Origin: Malacoraja senta
Taxonomy: Eukaryota
DNA: 64,000 bases
Assembly: GCA_038087875.1 (NCBI GenBank)
Contig: CM075997.1
Span: 7,380,001 to 7,444,000, forward strand
Direction: 5' to 3'
Part shown: one piece after another, positions 63,502 to 64,000 of the stretch
How positions within the stretch are numbered: the stretch's first letter is position 1
Layout: every line of letters starts with the position of its first letter
Made by a program: the position numbers and the translations under genes
The notes under the pieces: generated by a model
Seen by the model: the letters and a program-made list of their open reading frames with translations, nothing else
Told to the model about the DNA's origin: nothing
Databases searched by the model: none

Positions 63502-64000
63502 TTACCTCTTTTCACAGTTTGTCTGCTCTGTCTGGGACTATCTGGGCTTCTCCTCACCCTAATGATATGCATCAATGCACCAAATTGCTTTCTTTATTGT
63601 AATAAGAAAATATATAACTCCCATATTAGATTAACATGCGTTATTGATGAGTTATGGGATAGTAAAGATTGTTGCATGAGATTCCAGAAATAGCAATAAT
63701 AGTCATTAGGGAATCCAAGAATTCCCTCTGGAATAAGAGATCCCATTTCACAAACTTGACTGAATCGTCTGAAGAGGTTCTGTAGATATTACCAGTGTGG
63801 AATTAACCCAAGTTAATAACTTCCACAAGCAGCGTGCATCCGAACCATTAAAATATATAGGAATTGGACTTAAAGCCCCTTGACCATGCTTGGATAAGCT
63901 GCCAGCATTTATTACGTTCCCATGGACAGCTTCAGTAAAGATATTGATATCAAGCAGCTGTCTTGCTGTCAGAAGTCCACAAGTTTGTCTAAGAAGTGGG

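Noticed and set aside
1..64000. Apparent excess of sense-strand CR1 fragments
   Set aside because: Counts are small, some fragments belong to the same insertion, and there is no genome background for comparison.

Overview
Vertebrate genomic DNA, most likely from a cartilaginous fish (skate/ray-like; inferred from HE1/V-SINE-type SINEs, abundant CR1 and Penelope-like repeats, and a retained CatSper subunit). The only host gene is the middle part of CATSPERG (sperm CatSper channel auxiliary subunit gamma): 11 + strand exons between 5125 and 59857 that splice in frame with matching intron phases, one through a GC-AG intron. The gene start and end lie outside the window. The introns are mostly transposable elements: an intact CR1 LINE (42697-46796), a near-intact L1 LINE (30895-37116), a decayed Tc1, two non-autonomous Helitrons flanking one exon, a solo LTR containing a hAT MITE, about 11 copies of a MITE family with AGGGCCTGTCCCACT ends, tRNA-derived SINEs, Penelope GIY-YIG fragments and minisatellites. 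Most notable: (1) CR1 ORF2 has no AUG before the end of its endonuclease domain and sits in the -1 frame behind an in-register U_UUA_AAC slippery heptamer, suggesting programmed -1 frameshifting; (2) the MITE flanks are T-N-A triplets whose middle base often differs between the two ends, unlike a true TSD; (3) the L1 carries its poly(A) inverted at its 5' end, as expected from extreme twin priming; (4) a GC-rich non-coding retroelement family has swapped LINE-type tails. All family assignments come from recalled motifs, not database searches, and repeat boundaries are approximate.
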